The notes: generated by a model not told the origin, from the letters alone. Shown: positions 1-9,753, counted from the stretch's first letter. The stretch: DNA of 64,000 bases from Paludibacter sp. (GCA_027364655.1 DAHXOX010000071.1:4938-68937), one strand, 5' to 3'. Numbers and translations: made by a program.

Positions 1-1
1 G

Positions 2-274
2 CTTTGGTATCCGAAACGAAAAGAAACGACACCCTTTAAGTGGAGATACTCAATTATCGGCATATCCATTTTTCTAAGCTTAGCCGATTTTCTCTATTTT
101 TTCGCTCTTTCTGACCCACATGCCATGATTTCTTTGTTAACTGTTGTCCGAAGATCGGGTGTTGTGGTCTCATTTTCCATCGGAGCCATCCTGTTTCGCG
201 AAAAAAACATTACCGTGAAAGCCATTTGCCTATCGGGAGTCATTATTGGCACCCTTTTATTACTCCTTACATAG
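2..274 (+). CDS. EamA/DMT-family transporter, C-terminal fragment (5' truncated by window edge)
   Basis: Not in the ORF track. Manual translation from base 2 gives LWYPKRKETTPFKWRYSIIGISIFLSLADFLYFFALSDPHAMISLLTVVRRSGVVVSFSIGAILFREKN...LLLLT*, with hydrophobic helices and the DMT-type 'ILFRE' end motif. Confidence 0.75.
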   Translation, partial: LWYPKRKETTPFKWRYSIIGISIFLSLADFLYFFALSDPHAMISLLTVVRRSGVVVSFSIGAILFREKNITVKAICLSGVIIGTLLLLLT

Positions 275-548
275 CTCTTTTGCCGGTCAATCATTTTGCA
301 CACACTTCCCGATGCAAATCTGCCGCTTTGAAACCTTTCAACTCATTGACTTTTCATCCCGACACAAAATCATTTCTAATACAAAATTTTTGACACATCA
401 GACATTATCGTTTAATGAACAATATTCTTACGTTTTGATATACAGCAACTTTGTTTTCTGTTATTTAACTTCAAAAACCAGAAAAAGGCGCCAGTTAGTT
501 TGGATTTGATGCCAAAAGAGTGTAACATTGCAGAAAAAAAATTACACC

Positions 549-1883
549 ATGAACATTGAAAAACTACTGACATCACTCGATGCAAAACATCCCGGCGAGT
601 CCGAATATTTGCAGGCAGTACGCGAAGTATTGCTAAGTATTGAAGAGGTATATAACCAGCACCCCGAGTTCGAAAAAGCTAAAATTGTCGAACGATTGGT
701 TGAACCCGATCGTATTTTTACGTTCAAAATTCCTTGGGTCGACGATCGAGGTGACGTACAGGTAAACATTGGATATCGTCTCCAATTCAACAATGCCATT
801 GGGCCTTATAAAGGAGGCTTACGGTTTCACTCATCAGTAAATCTCTCCATTCTGAAATTCTTAGGATTTGAACAAATCTTCAAGAATGCACTTACGACAC
901 TTCCTATGGGCGGTGCAAAAGGAGGATCCGACTTCAATCCCCGTGGAAAATCGGATGCCGAGGTGATGCGTTTTAGTCAAGCATTTATGTTGGAATTGTG
1001 GAAACATATTGGCCCTGACATGGATGTACCAGCCGGTGATATTGGCGTTGGTGCCAGAGAAATAGGTTATCTGAACGGCATGTATAAAAAATTGACCCGC
1101 ACTTGCACCGGCGTATTAACCGGGAAAGGTCTTGAATTTGGCGGGTCATTAGTTCGACCAGAAGCAACCGGTTTTGGGGGATTATACTTTATGAAACAGA
1201 TGCTTGAAACTAATGGAGATACACTGCAAGGAAAAACCATTGCCCTATCGGGATTCGGCAATGTAGCTTGGGGTGCTGCATTAAAAGCCACACAATTGGG
1301 CGGAAAGGTCATTACAATTTCAGGGCCTGATGGATATATTTACGATCCTCAAGGCATCGCTGGTGAAAAAATTGACTACTTACTCGATTTGCGCGCAACA
1401 TGTGAAGACATTGTGGAACCCTATGCAAAACGTTTTGGTGCCACATTTGTTGCAGGAAAAAGGCCTTGGGAAGTCAAAGCCGACATTGCCTTACCTTGTG
1501 CAACACAAAACGAATTGGACATCAATGACGCTAAACTTCTTATCAAAAACGGCGTTAAATGTATCGGTGAAATTTCCAATATGGGCTGTACGCCCGAAGC
1601 TATAAACTTATTCATCGAGAATAAAATTTTATATGGTCCAAGCAAAGCGGTGAACGCAGGAGGTGTGGCAACTTCAGGACTTGAAATGTCACAAAATGCT
1701 ATGCACTTGGTATGGCCGGCTGAAGAGGTAGATGCAAAACTTCACCAAATTATGGCAAGCATTCACGATCAATGTGTTGAGTATGGACGTCAGCCCGATG
1801 GCTATATCAATTACATGAAAGGCGCCAACATTGCAGGATTTATGAAGGTTGCCAAAGCGATGATGGCACAAGGAGTTGTTTAA
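549..1883 (+). CDS. gdhB: Glutamate dehydrogenase, NAD-specific Bacteroides GdhB type
   Basis: GPYKGGLRF, GGAKGG, VPAGDIG, GFGNVA and ISGPDG motifs. The N-terminus MNIEKLLTSLDAKHPGESEYLQAV closely resembles B. fragilis GdhB as I recall it. ATG 549 preferred over the TTG at 528. Confidence 0.9.
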   Translation: MNIEKLLTSLDAKHPGESEYLQAVREVLLSIEEVYNQHPEFEKAKIVERLVEPDRIFTFKIPWVDDRGDVQVNIGYRLQFNNAIGPYKGGLRFHSSVNLSILKFLGFEQIFKNALTTLPMGGAKGGSDFNPRGKSDAEVMRFSQAFMLELWKHIGPDMDVPAGDIGVGAREIGYLNGMYKKLTRTCTGVLTGKGLEFGGSLVRPEATGFGGLYFMKQMLETNGDTLQGKTIALSGFGNVAWGAALKATQLGGKVITISGPDGYIYDPQGIAGEKIDYLLDLRATCEDIVEPYAKRFGATFVAGKRPWEVKADIALPCATQNELDINDAKLLIKNGVKCIGEISNMGCTPEAINLFIENKILYGPSKAVNAGGVATSGLEMSQNAMHLVWPAEEVDAKLHQIMASIHDQCVEYGRQPDGYINYMKGANIAGFMKVAKAMMAQGVV

Positions 1884-1905
1884 AAACTCATTTGACAATG
1901 TTATG

Positions 1906-1944
1906 CAAATCCTCCGGCGATTATCCACATTACCGGAGGATTTG
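1906..1944 (+). terminator. Stem-loop after gdhB
   Basis: CAAATCCTCCGG...CCGGAGGATTTG inverted repeat about 20 nt after the stop; U-tract is weak. Confidence 0.6.
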
Positions 1945-1985
1945 ACTATTTTTGTAGTTCAATCTATTCAATCCATTTGAAAGCT

Positions 1986-3971
1986 ATGAGAAAAGATCTT
2001 AGTTCACAAATCACATTAGACCGTATTCCGGAACGTTTTTACAGGCCGCGCGATGCCTTCGAACAAGCAGCATTGACCCGTTTTGAGAAAGTGCCTGTTG
2101 AAATTTACGAAAATGCCAACGACGGCTCTAAGAAAGTAGCAGCCGAAATTGCTGCTCAAATTCGTAAAAAAAACAAAAAAGGTGAGCTTTTTGTATTAGG
2201 ATTGACCGGTGGACGAGCTGCGATGGAACTTTATGCCGAGTTGGTTCGGATACACAAAGAAGAACACTTAAGTTTCAAACAAGTAGCAGTAGTAAATCTC
2301 TACGAATATTATCCACTTTCGCATCCAATGAAAGCCAGCTTTTTGGCACGCATTAAAGAGATGTTGCTCGATCACATCGACATTGCTTCCGACAATATTC
2401 TTTCACCAGATGCAACCGTCGATCGCATCAACGTTATGAACCATTGCAAAGAGTTTGAAGAACGCATTGAAAAAATTGGCGGAATCGACCTTCAACTATT
2501 AGGAATCGGTCGTGGCGGCAATATCGGCTTTAACGAACCCGGCTCTCAACCCACATCGCACACCCGGCTCATCATGCTTAACAGCGATTCTCGAAAAGAA
2601 GCCTCCATCCATTTAGGCATCACCGACCAAGTTCCTGTGAGCGCCATCAGTCTTGGAATAGAAAACATCTTAAGCGCCCGTCAAATTATTTTATTGTCTT
2701 GGGGTGAAGATAAATCGGAAATTCTCAAAACAGCCATCGAAAGCCTTGCCTCAGCATCTTGTCCGGCATCATTTCTCCAACTGCATCAAAATGCATCGTT
2801 TGTTATCGACATTCATGCCGCCGGCGAATTGACTCGAATCAGCCAACCATGGCTTGTATCGTCGTGCGAGTGGGATGATAAACTTATTCGGAGAGCTATT
2901 GTGTGGTTGTGTCAAAAAGTAGATAAACCCATTCTTAAACTCACCGACAAGGATTACAATGAACACGGATTAAGCGAACTCTTGATTATCTTTGGGTCTG
3001 CCTACAATGCTAATATCAAAATATTCAATGATCTACAACACACAATAACCGGCTGGCCTGGAGGAAAACCTAATGCAGACGACACGCATCGTCCAGAACG
3101 CGCCCTGCCTTTCCCCAAAAAAGTTGTTGTGTTTAGTCCACATCCGGATGATGATGTTATTTCGATGGGAGGCACATTGAAACGTTTAGTTGATCAACAT
3201 CACGAAGTGCATGTCGCCTATCAGACATCGGGAAATATTGCAGTCAATGACGAAGAAATCATTCGCTTTTTAGCTTTTGTCAAAGGATTCAAAGACATGT
3301 TTGACCCGACAAATCAACCGCTTCAAAAACAATACGAAGAATTAGCCAGCTACTTAGTAACCAATATAAAAGAAAATGAAGTTGACAACTCCATTGTGTT
3401 ATCATTGAAAGGATTAATTCGAAGAGGGGAAGCAAAAGCAGCTTGTCGCTATGTGGGTGTTTCTTCCAAAAATGTGCACTTTCTCAATATGCCATTTTAT
3501 GAAACCGGATCGATCAAGAAAAAGCCGATTTCCGAACAAGATGTCGTTATTGTAAAACAACTTTTGCAAGAATTGCATCCTCATCAAATTTATGTTGCCG
3601 GCGATTTGGCCGATCCACATGGCACACACAAAGTCTGCTTAGACGCTATTTTAGCTGCCCTCGACGATCTTAAACATGAAACATGGTTTGAAGATTGTCG
3701 CGTTTGGATGTATCGTGGCGCTTGGATGGAATGGGAAATTGACCACATTGAAATGGCAGTTCCCATAAGTCCTGAAGAATTGCGCTACAAACGTAATGCT
3801 ATTTTGAAACACCAATCGCAAATGGAAAGTGCTCCTTATTTGGGCAATGACGATCGGCTTTTTTGGCAACGATCTGAAGCACGTAACAAAGCTACCGCTG
3901 AACTTTATAACAAGTTGGGACTTGCTGCTTATGAAGCTATTGAAGCTTTTGTACGGTATATCCCAATGTAA
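1986..3971 (+). CDS. Glucosamine-6-phosphate deaminase-like domain fused to a PIG-L/LmbE deacetylase domain
   Basis: N-terminal NagB fold (GIGRGGNIGFNEPGS, SFLQLH); C-terminal PHPDDD and DPHGTH metal-deacetylase motifs; about 660 aa, as in the long Bacteroidetes NagB paralogues. Confidence 0.85.
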   Translation: MRKDLSSQITLDRIPERFYRPRDAFEQAALTRFEKVPVEIYENANDGSKKVAAEIAAQIRKKNKKGELFVLGLTGGRAAMELYAELVRIHKEEHLSFKQVAVVNLYEYYPLSHPMKASFLARIKEMLLDHIDIASDNILSPDATVDRINVMNHCKEFEERIEKIGGIDLQLLGIGRGGNIGFNEPGSQPTSHTRLIMLNSDSRKEASIHLGITDQVPVSAISLGIENILSARQIILLSWGEDKSEILKTAIESLASASCPASFLQLHQNASFVIDIHAAGELTRISQPWLVSSCEWDDKLIRRAIVWLCQKVDKPILKLTDKDYNEHGLSELLIIFGSAYNANIKIFNDLQHTITGWPGGKPNADDTHRPERALPFPKKVVVFSPHPDDDVISMGGTLKRLVDQHHEVHVAYQTSGNIAVNDEEIIRFLAFVKGFKDMFDPTNQPLQKQYEELASYLVTNIKENEVDNSIVLSLKGLIRRGEAKAACRYVGVSSKNVHFLNMPFYETGSIKKKPISEQDVVIVKQLLQELHPHQIYVAGDLADPHGTHKVCLDAILAALDDLKHETWFEDCRVWMYRGAWMEWEIDHIEMAVPISPEELRYKRNAILKHQSQMESAPYLGNDDRLFWQRSEARNKATAELYNKLGLAAYEAIEAFVRYIPM

Positions 3972-4109
3972 TTCAATGACAATCAAATTCATTTTATAAT
4001 TATAGACGCATTTACCTTTTACCCGTAGATGCGTCTTCCGTATCTCTCTAAAAACGGATAAACGGCTTATGTTTGGGCTTAGTTCATAAGACCTTCAAAT
4101 TCAAACCCC

Positions 4110-5780
4110 ATGAAAAGTGATATAGAAATTGCACGTGCAGCTAACATGTTGCCCATACAAGAAATTGCAAGTCAACTCGAAGTAGATGCAGAGGACCTTG
4201 AATTCTATGGAAAATATAAAGCAAAACTCCCACTGCATTTAATAGATGAAGAAAAGATTCAAAAAGGAAAACTGATTTTAGTCACTGCTATTACGCCAAC
4301 ACCTGCCGGCGAAGGCAAAACTACTACGTCCATTAGTTTAGCAATGGGACTCAACAAAATTGGCAAGAAAGCCACTGTTGTTCTTCGCGAACCTTCTTTG
4401 GGGCCTGTGTTTGGAGTTAAAGGAGGCGCTGCTGGGGGAGGATTTGCCCAAGTCATTCCAATGGAAGATATTAATTTGCATTTTACAGGCGATTTATCAG
4501 CTATCGAAAAAGCAAACAATCTATTAGCAGCACTCATTGACAACACCTTACAAAACAAAAAACGAGGGCTTAACATTGATCCCAGAACCATCACATGGAA
4601 GCGGGTCATGGACATGAACGATCGTTCGTTGCGAAACACTGTCATTGGACTGGGTGGCATTGCCAATGGAATTCCACGCGAAACAGGCTTCAACATTACA
4701 GCCGCGAGCGAAGTGATGGCAATTCTATGTTTAGCAAAAGACTTGAGACATCTGCGTGAAATGTTAGGCAATATCTATATCGGACAAACGTATGAAGGAG
4801 AACCTGTATTTGCTCGTGATCTGAAAGCACAAGGAGCTATGGCGGTTTTATTGAAAGATGCCATTAAACCCAATCTGGTGCAAACCATTGAAAACACGCC
4901 GGCCATTATTCATGGTGGTCCTTTTGCCAATATTGCCCAAGGAACTAACAGTTTGATTGCCACAAAAATGGGGCTTTCACTGAGCGACATTGTGGTGACG
5001 GAAGCCGGTTTCGCTTCTGAACTTGGCGCCGAAAAATTCTTTGACATCAAAAGTCAATATGGCAATTTACGTCCAAATGCTGTAGTGATCGTCGCCACCA
5101 TCCGAGCACTGAAATATCACGGAGGAATTAATAAGAGTGGTTTTGCCACTCCCGATGTCGGTGCTGTGAAAAAAGGGTTAGCTAATCTGGAGAAACATAT
5201 TGAAAACATGAAACAGTTCGGGTTTTCTCCGGTGGTGTCACTTAACCGATTTTCAGCTGACAGTGAAGAAGAAATTGAGGTTGTTAAAGCACGATGCGCA
5301 GAACTTGAAGTGAGCATCGCAATCAACGAAGCATGGGAAAAGGGCGGAGAAGGCGCCATTGATTTGGCAGAAAAGGTATTAGCATCTATATCTAATTGCC
5401 CTTCATGCTTTAATCCGCTCTATGATCTTCAATGGGAAATTGAAAAAAAGATTGCCACTATTGCCACGCAGCTTTATGGCGCCAAGGCAGTAGAATATTC
5501 ACTAAAAGCACATAAAGACATTGAACTGATCAACAAATTAGGAATGGGACACTTAGCCATTTGTATGGCAAAGACGCAAAATTCACTTTCTGACAATCCG
5601 GATCTTCGTGGACGTCCCGAAGGATTTGTCTTGAATATTCGCGAAATTGAAATTGCATCGGGAGCAGGCTTTGTGATCCCAATTGCCGGTGCCATCATGC
5701 GAATGCCCGGACTCCCTGCCATTCCCGCAGCCGAAAATATTGACTTCGACGATGACGGAAATATCATGGGACTTTTTTGA
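4110..5780 (+). CDS. fhs: Formate--tetrahydrofolate ligase
   Basis: TPTPAGEGKTT P-loop, GVKGGAAGGG, HGGPFANIAQG, TEAGF and MRMPGLP motifs. Confidence 0.97.
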   Translation: MKSDIEIARAANMLPIQEIASQLEVDAEDLEFYGKYKAKLPLHLIDEEKIQKGKLILVTAITPTPAGEGKTTTSISLAMGLNKIGKKATVVLREPSLGPVFGVKGGAAGGGFAQVIPMEDINLHFTGDLSAIEKANNLLAALIDNTLQNKKRGLNIDPRTITWKRVMDMNDRSLRNTVIGLGGIANGIPRETGFNITAASEVMAILCLAKDLRHLREMLGNIYIGQTYEGEPVFARDLKAQGAMAVLLKDAIKPNLVQTIENTPAIIHGGPFANIAQGTNSLIATKMGLSLSDIVVTEAGFASELGAEKFFDIKSQYGNLRPNAVVIVATIRALKYHGGINKSGFATPDVGAVKKGLANLEKHIENMKQFGFSPVVSLNRFSADSEEEIEVVKARCAELEVSIAINEAWEKGGEGAIDLAEKVLASISNCPSCFNPLYDLQWEIEKKIATIATQLYGAKAVEYSLKAHKDIELINKLGMGHLAICMAKTQNSLSDNPDLRGRPEGFVLNIREIEIASGAGFVIPIAGAIMRMPGLPAIPAAENIDFDDDGNIMGLF

Positions 5781-5933
5781 CCCTTCAATACCACAGCCCC
5801 AAATTCAAGACTTCTCTGTATGTATCATTTTTTCAAATATTTATCTAAACATCTTCATATCTATAAGTTACCCATTTTTATCGATGGGGTTATGTTTGAA
5901 ATGTTTGAATAAAACTATTATTTAAACTTATAT

Positions 5934-5967
5934 ATGTTGCAACATTTAATGGCGTAACGTATATTTG
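5934..5967 (+). promoter_or_regulatory. Bacteroidetes sigma-A promoter with an overlapping palindrome
   Basis: TATATTTG (-7 box, TAnnTTTG) at 5960-5967. TTG about 19 nt upstream lies inside the perfect palindrome ATGTTGCAACAT (5934-5945). Confidence 0.6.
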
Positions 5968-5992
5968 TGGAAAATAATTCAAACAAAAAATT

Positions 5993-6610
5993 ATGGAAAC
6001 TAAAGCACTTTATCATGAACGACGTTCCGTCAACTATTTTGATGCAAACAAACCACTATCAAAAAGCACATTAGAAGAAATCATTAATTTGGCAGTGCTT
6101 GCTCCTTCCGCGTACAACTTGCAACCATGGCGCATCATAGCAGTCGAATCAAAGGAAGCCAAAGAAAAATTGAAAGCGCTTTCAAACAATCAACCAAAAA
6201 TAACAGAAGCTCCTATTACACTGATCATTGTAGGGAACAAAAGTGGATGGAACGAGTCAAATCCGGTATGGAAAGAGATGCTCCAAAGCGTAGGAAATAA
6301 CACGGACATGGTGGAAGGGGCAAAACAAGCAGCGGCATTTTTGTATGGCTCAAGTGAAGAACGTTCATTGAAATTTGCCGAAAGCAATGCCGGTTTATTG
6401 GCCATGTCAATTATGATTGCAGCCAAAGAACTGGGTGTGGATTCTCATCCGATGAGCGGCATCGATTTTGAAGGCATTCATAAAGCATTCACTCTAAAAC
6501 CAAATGAAACAGTCGTTATGACCATCGCTTTAGGTTATGTTGATCAGTCAAAAACGCTTTATCCCAGAAGACCAAGACGTGCTTTCAATGATATTACAAC
6601 TCTCGTATAA
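5993..6610 (+). CDS. Nitroreductase family protein
   Basis: RRSV..F, APSAYNLQPW, GVDSHPMSG and IALGY FMN-binding motifs. Confidence 0.92.
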   Translation: METKALYHERRSVNYFDANKPLSKSTLEEIINLAVLAPSAYNLQPWRIIAVESKEAKEKLKALSNNQPKITEAPITLIIVGNKSGWNESNPVWKEMLQSVGNNTDMVEGAKQAAAFLYGSSEERSLKFAESNAGLLAMSIMIAAKELGVDSHPMSGIDFEGIHKAFTLKPNETVVMTIALGYVDQSKTLYPRRPRRAFNDITTLV

Positions 6611-6627
6611 TAAATAACAGACTTCCA

Positions 6628-6909
6628 ATGAATGAATCACGATCACATGAGCAACCAAAACGAATTGAATTGTATTACACATTAACTTGCCCAAATTGCA
6701 AATTACTTAAACGCATGTTGGAAGAAATTCTGCCACAATTTGGTCATAAATTTGAACTGAAATATCGATTGGCAAACTCACCTATAGGCATAGTTAAAAC
6801 ATTAAAGTTAGGCATTCAAACAGTTCCAACATTGCTGATTGACAATCAGATAATTTTCAAAAGAGTACCTTCAAAAGAAGAACTTATTCACACATTAAAC
6901 AGCTATTAA
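6628..6909 (+). CDS. Small thioredoxin/glutaredoxin-fold protein (CPNC)
   Basis: CxxC (TCPNC) and cis-Pro loop (IQTVPTLLID); 93 aa. Confidence 0.85.
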   Translation: MNESRSHEQPKRIELYYTLTCPNCKLLKRMLEEILPQFGHKFELKYRLANSPIGIVKTLKLGIQTVPTLLIDNQIIFKRVPSKEELIHTLNSY

Positions 6910-6910
6910 A

Positions 6911-7144
6911 ATGGAGACAAAAAAGAAATTAAGATGCCCTCTGGGCGTTCCGGGTGCAATCGTTGCAGTTCTAATCGGATTAATTGGTATCGTTGTAAAC
7001 CTGATTACCTTTAATCTTATGGGGCTATTAACCTCATTAGCAATCTTTTTGTTAGGATTACCTTTTATTCGGGTAACGATGATGGTACATGCTGCAAACG
7101 ATCGATTAGATGAAATTGAAGCTAAAATAAATAAGCCATCATAA
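6911..7144 (+). CDS. Small hypothetical membrane protein (two predicted TM helices)
   Basis: 77 aa, starts 1 nt after the upstream stop; two hydrophobic stretches and a single Cys in RCPLG. Confidence 0.7.
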   Translation: METKKKLRCPLGVPGAIVAVLIGLIGIVVNLITFNLMGLLTSLAIFLLGLPFIRVTMMVHAANDRLDEIEAKINKPS

Positions 7145-7247
7145 CCTCATTTCGATCATAAATAACATATAACGTATTGCAAACAATTATTTTGTGAGTA
7201 ATATGTTTTATGCTTTCGTTTATATTACTCTTTCAAAACAAATCATT

Positions 7248-7598
7248 ATGGCAACTTCATTATCGACGTTGAGAAAAATTATTGGTTGGGTTATTGCCGG
7301 CATGCTTACTGCTTTATATGCTTATAGCTCAAGCGGAAAGATACTCCATCCACAAATGATGGATCACGTAGGATTAGCTAACTGGCGGATCCTTATTGCC
7401 ATCGGCGAAATTGCTTCTGCCTTGTTGTATTTATTTCCACGAACTAATTTAATCGGAACATTATTGCTAAGCTCGTATATGGGTGGAGCTATCTTATTAA
7501 GCATGACCAACAATTGGAGCATTTTAGTACCATCGATAGTCTTAATCATTATTTGGATTGGCGCTTTTGTCAGACATCCTGATTGGTTGAAATTATAA
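7248..7598 (+). CDS. DoxX-family membrane protein
   Basis: Four hydrophobic segments; GEIASALLYLFPRT..GTLLLSSYMGGAI is typical of DoxX_2-like proteins. ATG 7248 preferred. Confidence 0.8.
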   Translation: MATSLSTLRKIIGWVIAGMLTALYAYSSSGKILHPQMMDHVGLANWRILIAIGEIASALLYLFPRTNLIGTLLLSSYMGGAILLSMTNNWSILVPSIVLIIIWIGAFVRHPDWLKL

Positions 7599-7602
7599 TA
7601 AT

Positions 7603-8064
7603 ATGAGCATTGAAGAAGAACTTGACGGCCATTTTCGTAATGAATTTCACAAAGGATTGATCAATCTGATCTATACTACCAACGAAATCCATTTCGAGTT
7701 TCTGAGTTATCTCCGCACACACGGGCTTACTTCTCAGCAGTATAATGTACTAAAGCTACTGCGAGGATTTGGCGATGTACCGCGCTCAATAGATTTTTTG
7801 CGTAATAGAATGCTTGATAAAAAATCGGATATGAGTCGCATCATTGATCGGTTGTTTGCACAAAAATTAGTAGATCGCGTCGAGAATATTTCTGACAGAC
7901 GCCAAAAAGAAATTACAATTACGTCAAAAGGAATGTCATTGCTCGACAAAATGGACGATTGCGAAAAACATACCGATGGATTATTGAAAAATTTAACGGA
8001 AGAGGAAGTGCAGGAACTAAATCGTCTGTTGGATAAAATCAGAGAAAAACAGCCTCAGAAATAA
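7603..8064 (+). CDS. MarR-family transcriptional regulator
   Basis: LTSQQYNVL, SRIIDRL..QKLVDR, DRR and ITSKG winged-helix motifs. Confidence 0.92.
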   Translation: MSIEEELDGHFRNEFHKGLINLIYTTNEIHFEFLSYLRTHGLTSQQYNVLKLLRGFGDVPRSIDFLRNRMLDKKSDMSRIIDRLFAQKLVDRVENISDRRQKEITITSKGMSLLDKMDDCEKHTDGLLKNLTEEEVQELNRLLDKIREKQPQK

Positions 8065-8104
8065 AAGCAAAACATCTGATGACCTTAATTTACAGAGAAA
8101 ATTT

Positions 8105-8653
8105 ATGACATTTCCTTCAGATATTCTTAAAACAAAACGTTTTCTCTTTTTAGATCGCGACGGCGTGATTAATATACATCGTCAGAACGATTATGTAAAA
8201 ACAGTCGATGAATTCACTTTTTTGCCTGGAGCGCTCGAATCGTTGTGTGAATTGTCAAAGTATTTCGAACGCGTGGTGATAGTGACAAACCAAAGAGGAG
8301 TGAGCAAAGGCAAAATGAGTGAAACTGCTTTGAAAGAAGTCCATGCTTATCTCATGCAGCAAGTTGAGAAAGCAGGAGGAAAAATAGATGCTATCTATTA
8401 CAGTACTCATCTTGACGATAACCATCCTTATCGTAAACCCAACGGTGGTATGGCGCTCCAAGCAAAGAACGAATTTCCGGAAATTGATTTTCACCAAAGC
8501 GTCATGATCGGTGATAGTCGTTCTGATATTGAATTTGGGAAGCGTCTTGAAATGACCACCATACTCATTAGAAAGGAAGCGCCAATCTGGCAACAACCAA
8601 TTCCTGATTTTATCTATCCATCGCTTGCTGAGGTTGCTGCATTGTGGAAATAG
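8105..8653 (+). CDS. gmhB: HAD-IIIA phosphatase, D,D-heptose 1,7-bisphosphate phosphatase-like
   Basis: DRDGVIN, VTNQ, RKP..GM and MIGDSRSD motifs. Confidence 0.8.
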   Translation: MTFPSDILKTKRFLFLDRDGVINIHRQNDYVKTVDEFTFLPGALESLCELSKYFERVVIVTNQRGVSKGKMSETALKEVHAYLMQQVEKAGGKIDAIYYSTHLDDNHPYRKPNGGMALQAKNEFPEIDFHQSVMIGDSRSDIEFGKRLEMTTILIRKEAPIWQQPIPDFIYPSLAEVAALWK

Positions 8654-8667
8654 ACGAAGTAAGAATT

Positions 8668-9753
8668 TCAGAAAGTTAAGGGAGCGGAAGCTCTTGCCAT
8701 CAAATAATGATCGAGCAATGTCATAGCAGTCATGGCCTCCACGATGGGTACCGCACGTGGTAACACGCAAGCATCGTGTCTTCCACGCGCTTTAATCGTC
8801 GTTTCTTCTCCAAGTGTGTTAACGGTGTGCTGCTCTTGCAACAAAGTTGCCACAGGCTTAAAAACCACCCTGAAATAAATATCCTGTCCATTTGAAATGC
8901 CGCCTTGAATGCCTCCTGAACGATTGGTCAATGTAGTTACTTCCCCATCATGCATTACAAACTCATCGTTTGATTCAGAACCACGTAAAGCTACGCCTTC
9001 AAATCCACTCCCATAATCGAATCCCTTCACTGCATTGATGGAAAGCATCGCATTGCTCAGAGCAGCATGCAATTTATTGTAAATGGGTTCACCCCAACCT
9101 ACGGGAACATGACGAACAACACAAGTGATAATACCACCAATGGTATCGCCTGTTTTGTGAACATCACGAATCAACAGCTCCATTTGTTCTGCTACAATAG
9201 GATCGGGACAACGCACGGCATTGGATTCAATTAGCGAAAAGTCATAGGATTGATATGGTTTTGTCAAACAAATCGAGCCAACCTGCGATGTAAAAGCAGT
9301 GATTTGCACACCGAAAGTATGCAAAGCCAACTTGGCGATAGCACCTCCGACAATTCTTACTGCCGTTTCGCGTGCAGAGCTTCGACCTCCGCCCCGATGG
9401 TCACGGACTCCATATTTCGTTTGATAGGTATAATCGGCATGAGAAGGACGATATGTTTGTCGTAAATTCTCATAATCGGAAGAATGTTGATCAGCATTTC
9501 GAATGATAAATCCAATTGGAGAGCCTGTCGTTTTACCTTCAAAAATGCCGGAAAGGAATTCTACCTCATCGGCTTCTTTACGGGGTGTTACGATATCCGA
9601 TTGGCCGGGACGTCGCCGATTCATCTCTTGTTGTACAAAATCTATATCAACAGAAATGCCTGCCGGGCATCCATCAATGACACCACCAATGGCAACGCCG
9701 TGAGATTCACCAAAGGTAGTCAGACGAAAAATGGTTCCAAAAGTATTTGACAT
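8668..9753 (-). CDS. aroC: Chorismate synthase
   Basis: [34 protein letters not shown] and GRHD motifs. Confidence 0.97.
   Translation of the reverse strand: MSNTFGTIFRLTTFGESHGVAIGGVIDGCPAGISVDIDFVQQEMNRRRPGQSDIVTPRKEADEVEFLSGIFEGKTTGSPIGFIIRNADQHSSDYENLRQTYRPSHADYTYQTKYGVRDHRGGGRSSARETAVRIVGGAIAKLALHTFGVQITAFTSQVGSICLTKPYQSYDFSLIESNAVRCPDPIVAEQMELLIRDVHKTGDTIGGIITCVVRHVPVGWGEPIYNKLHAALSNAMLSINAVKGFDYGSGFEGVALRGSESNDEFVMHDGEVTTLTNRSGGIQGGISNGQDIYFRVVFKPVATLLQEQHTVNTLGEETTIKARGRHDACVLPRAVPIVEAMTAMTLLDHYLMARASAPLTF

Noticed and set aside
4004-4092. Calling the fhs leader a ZTP or THF riboswitch
   Set aside because: I could not find the conserved core nucleotides of either class by eye, so it is kept only as an unassigned structured leader.
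4259-4771. Long antisense ORFs in the track (for example 4259-4771, 8255-8770, 30390-30746, 52342-52740)
   Set aside because: All lie opposite well-supported genes and show no recognisable motifs.
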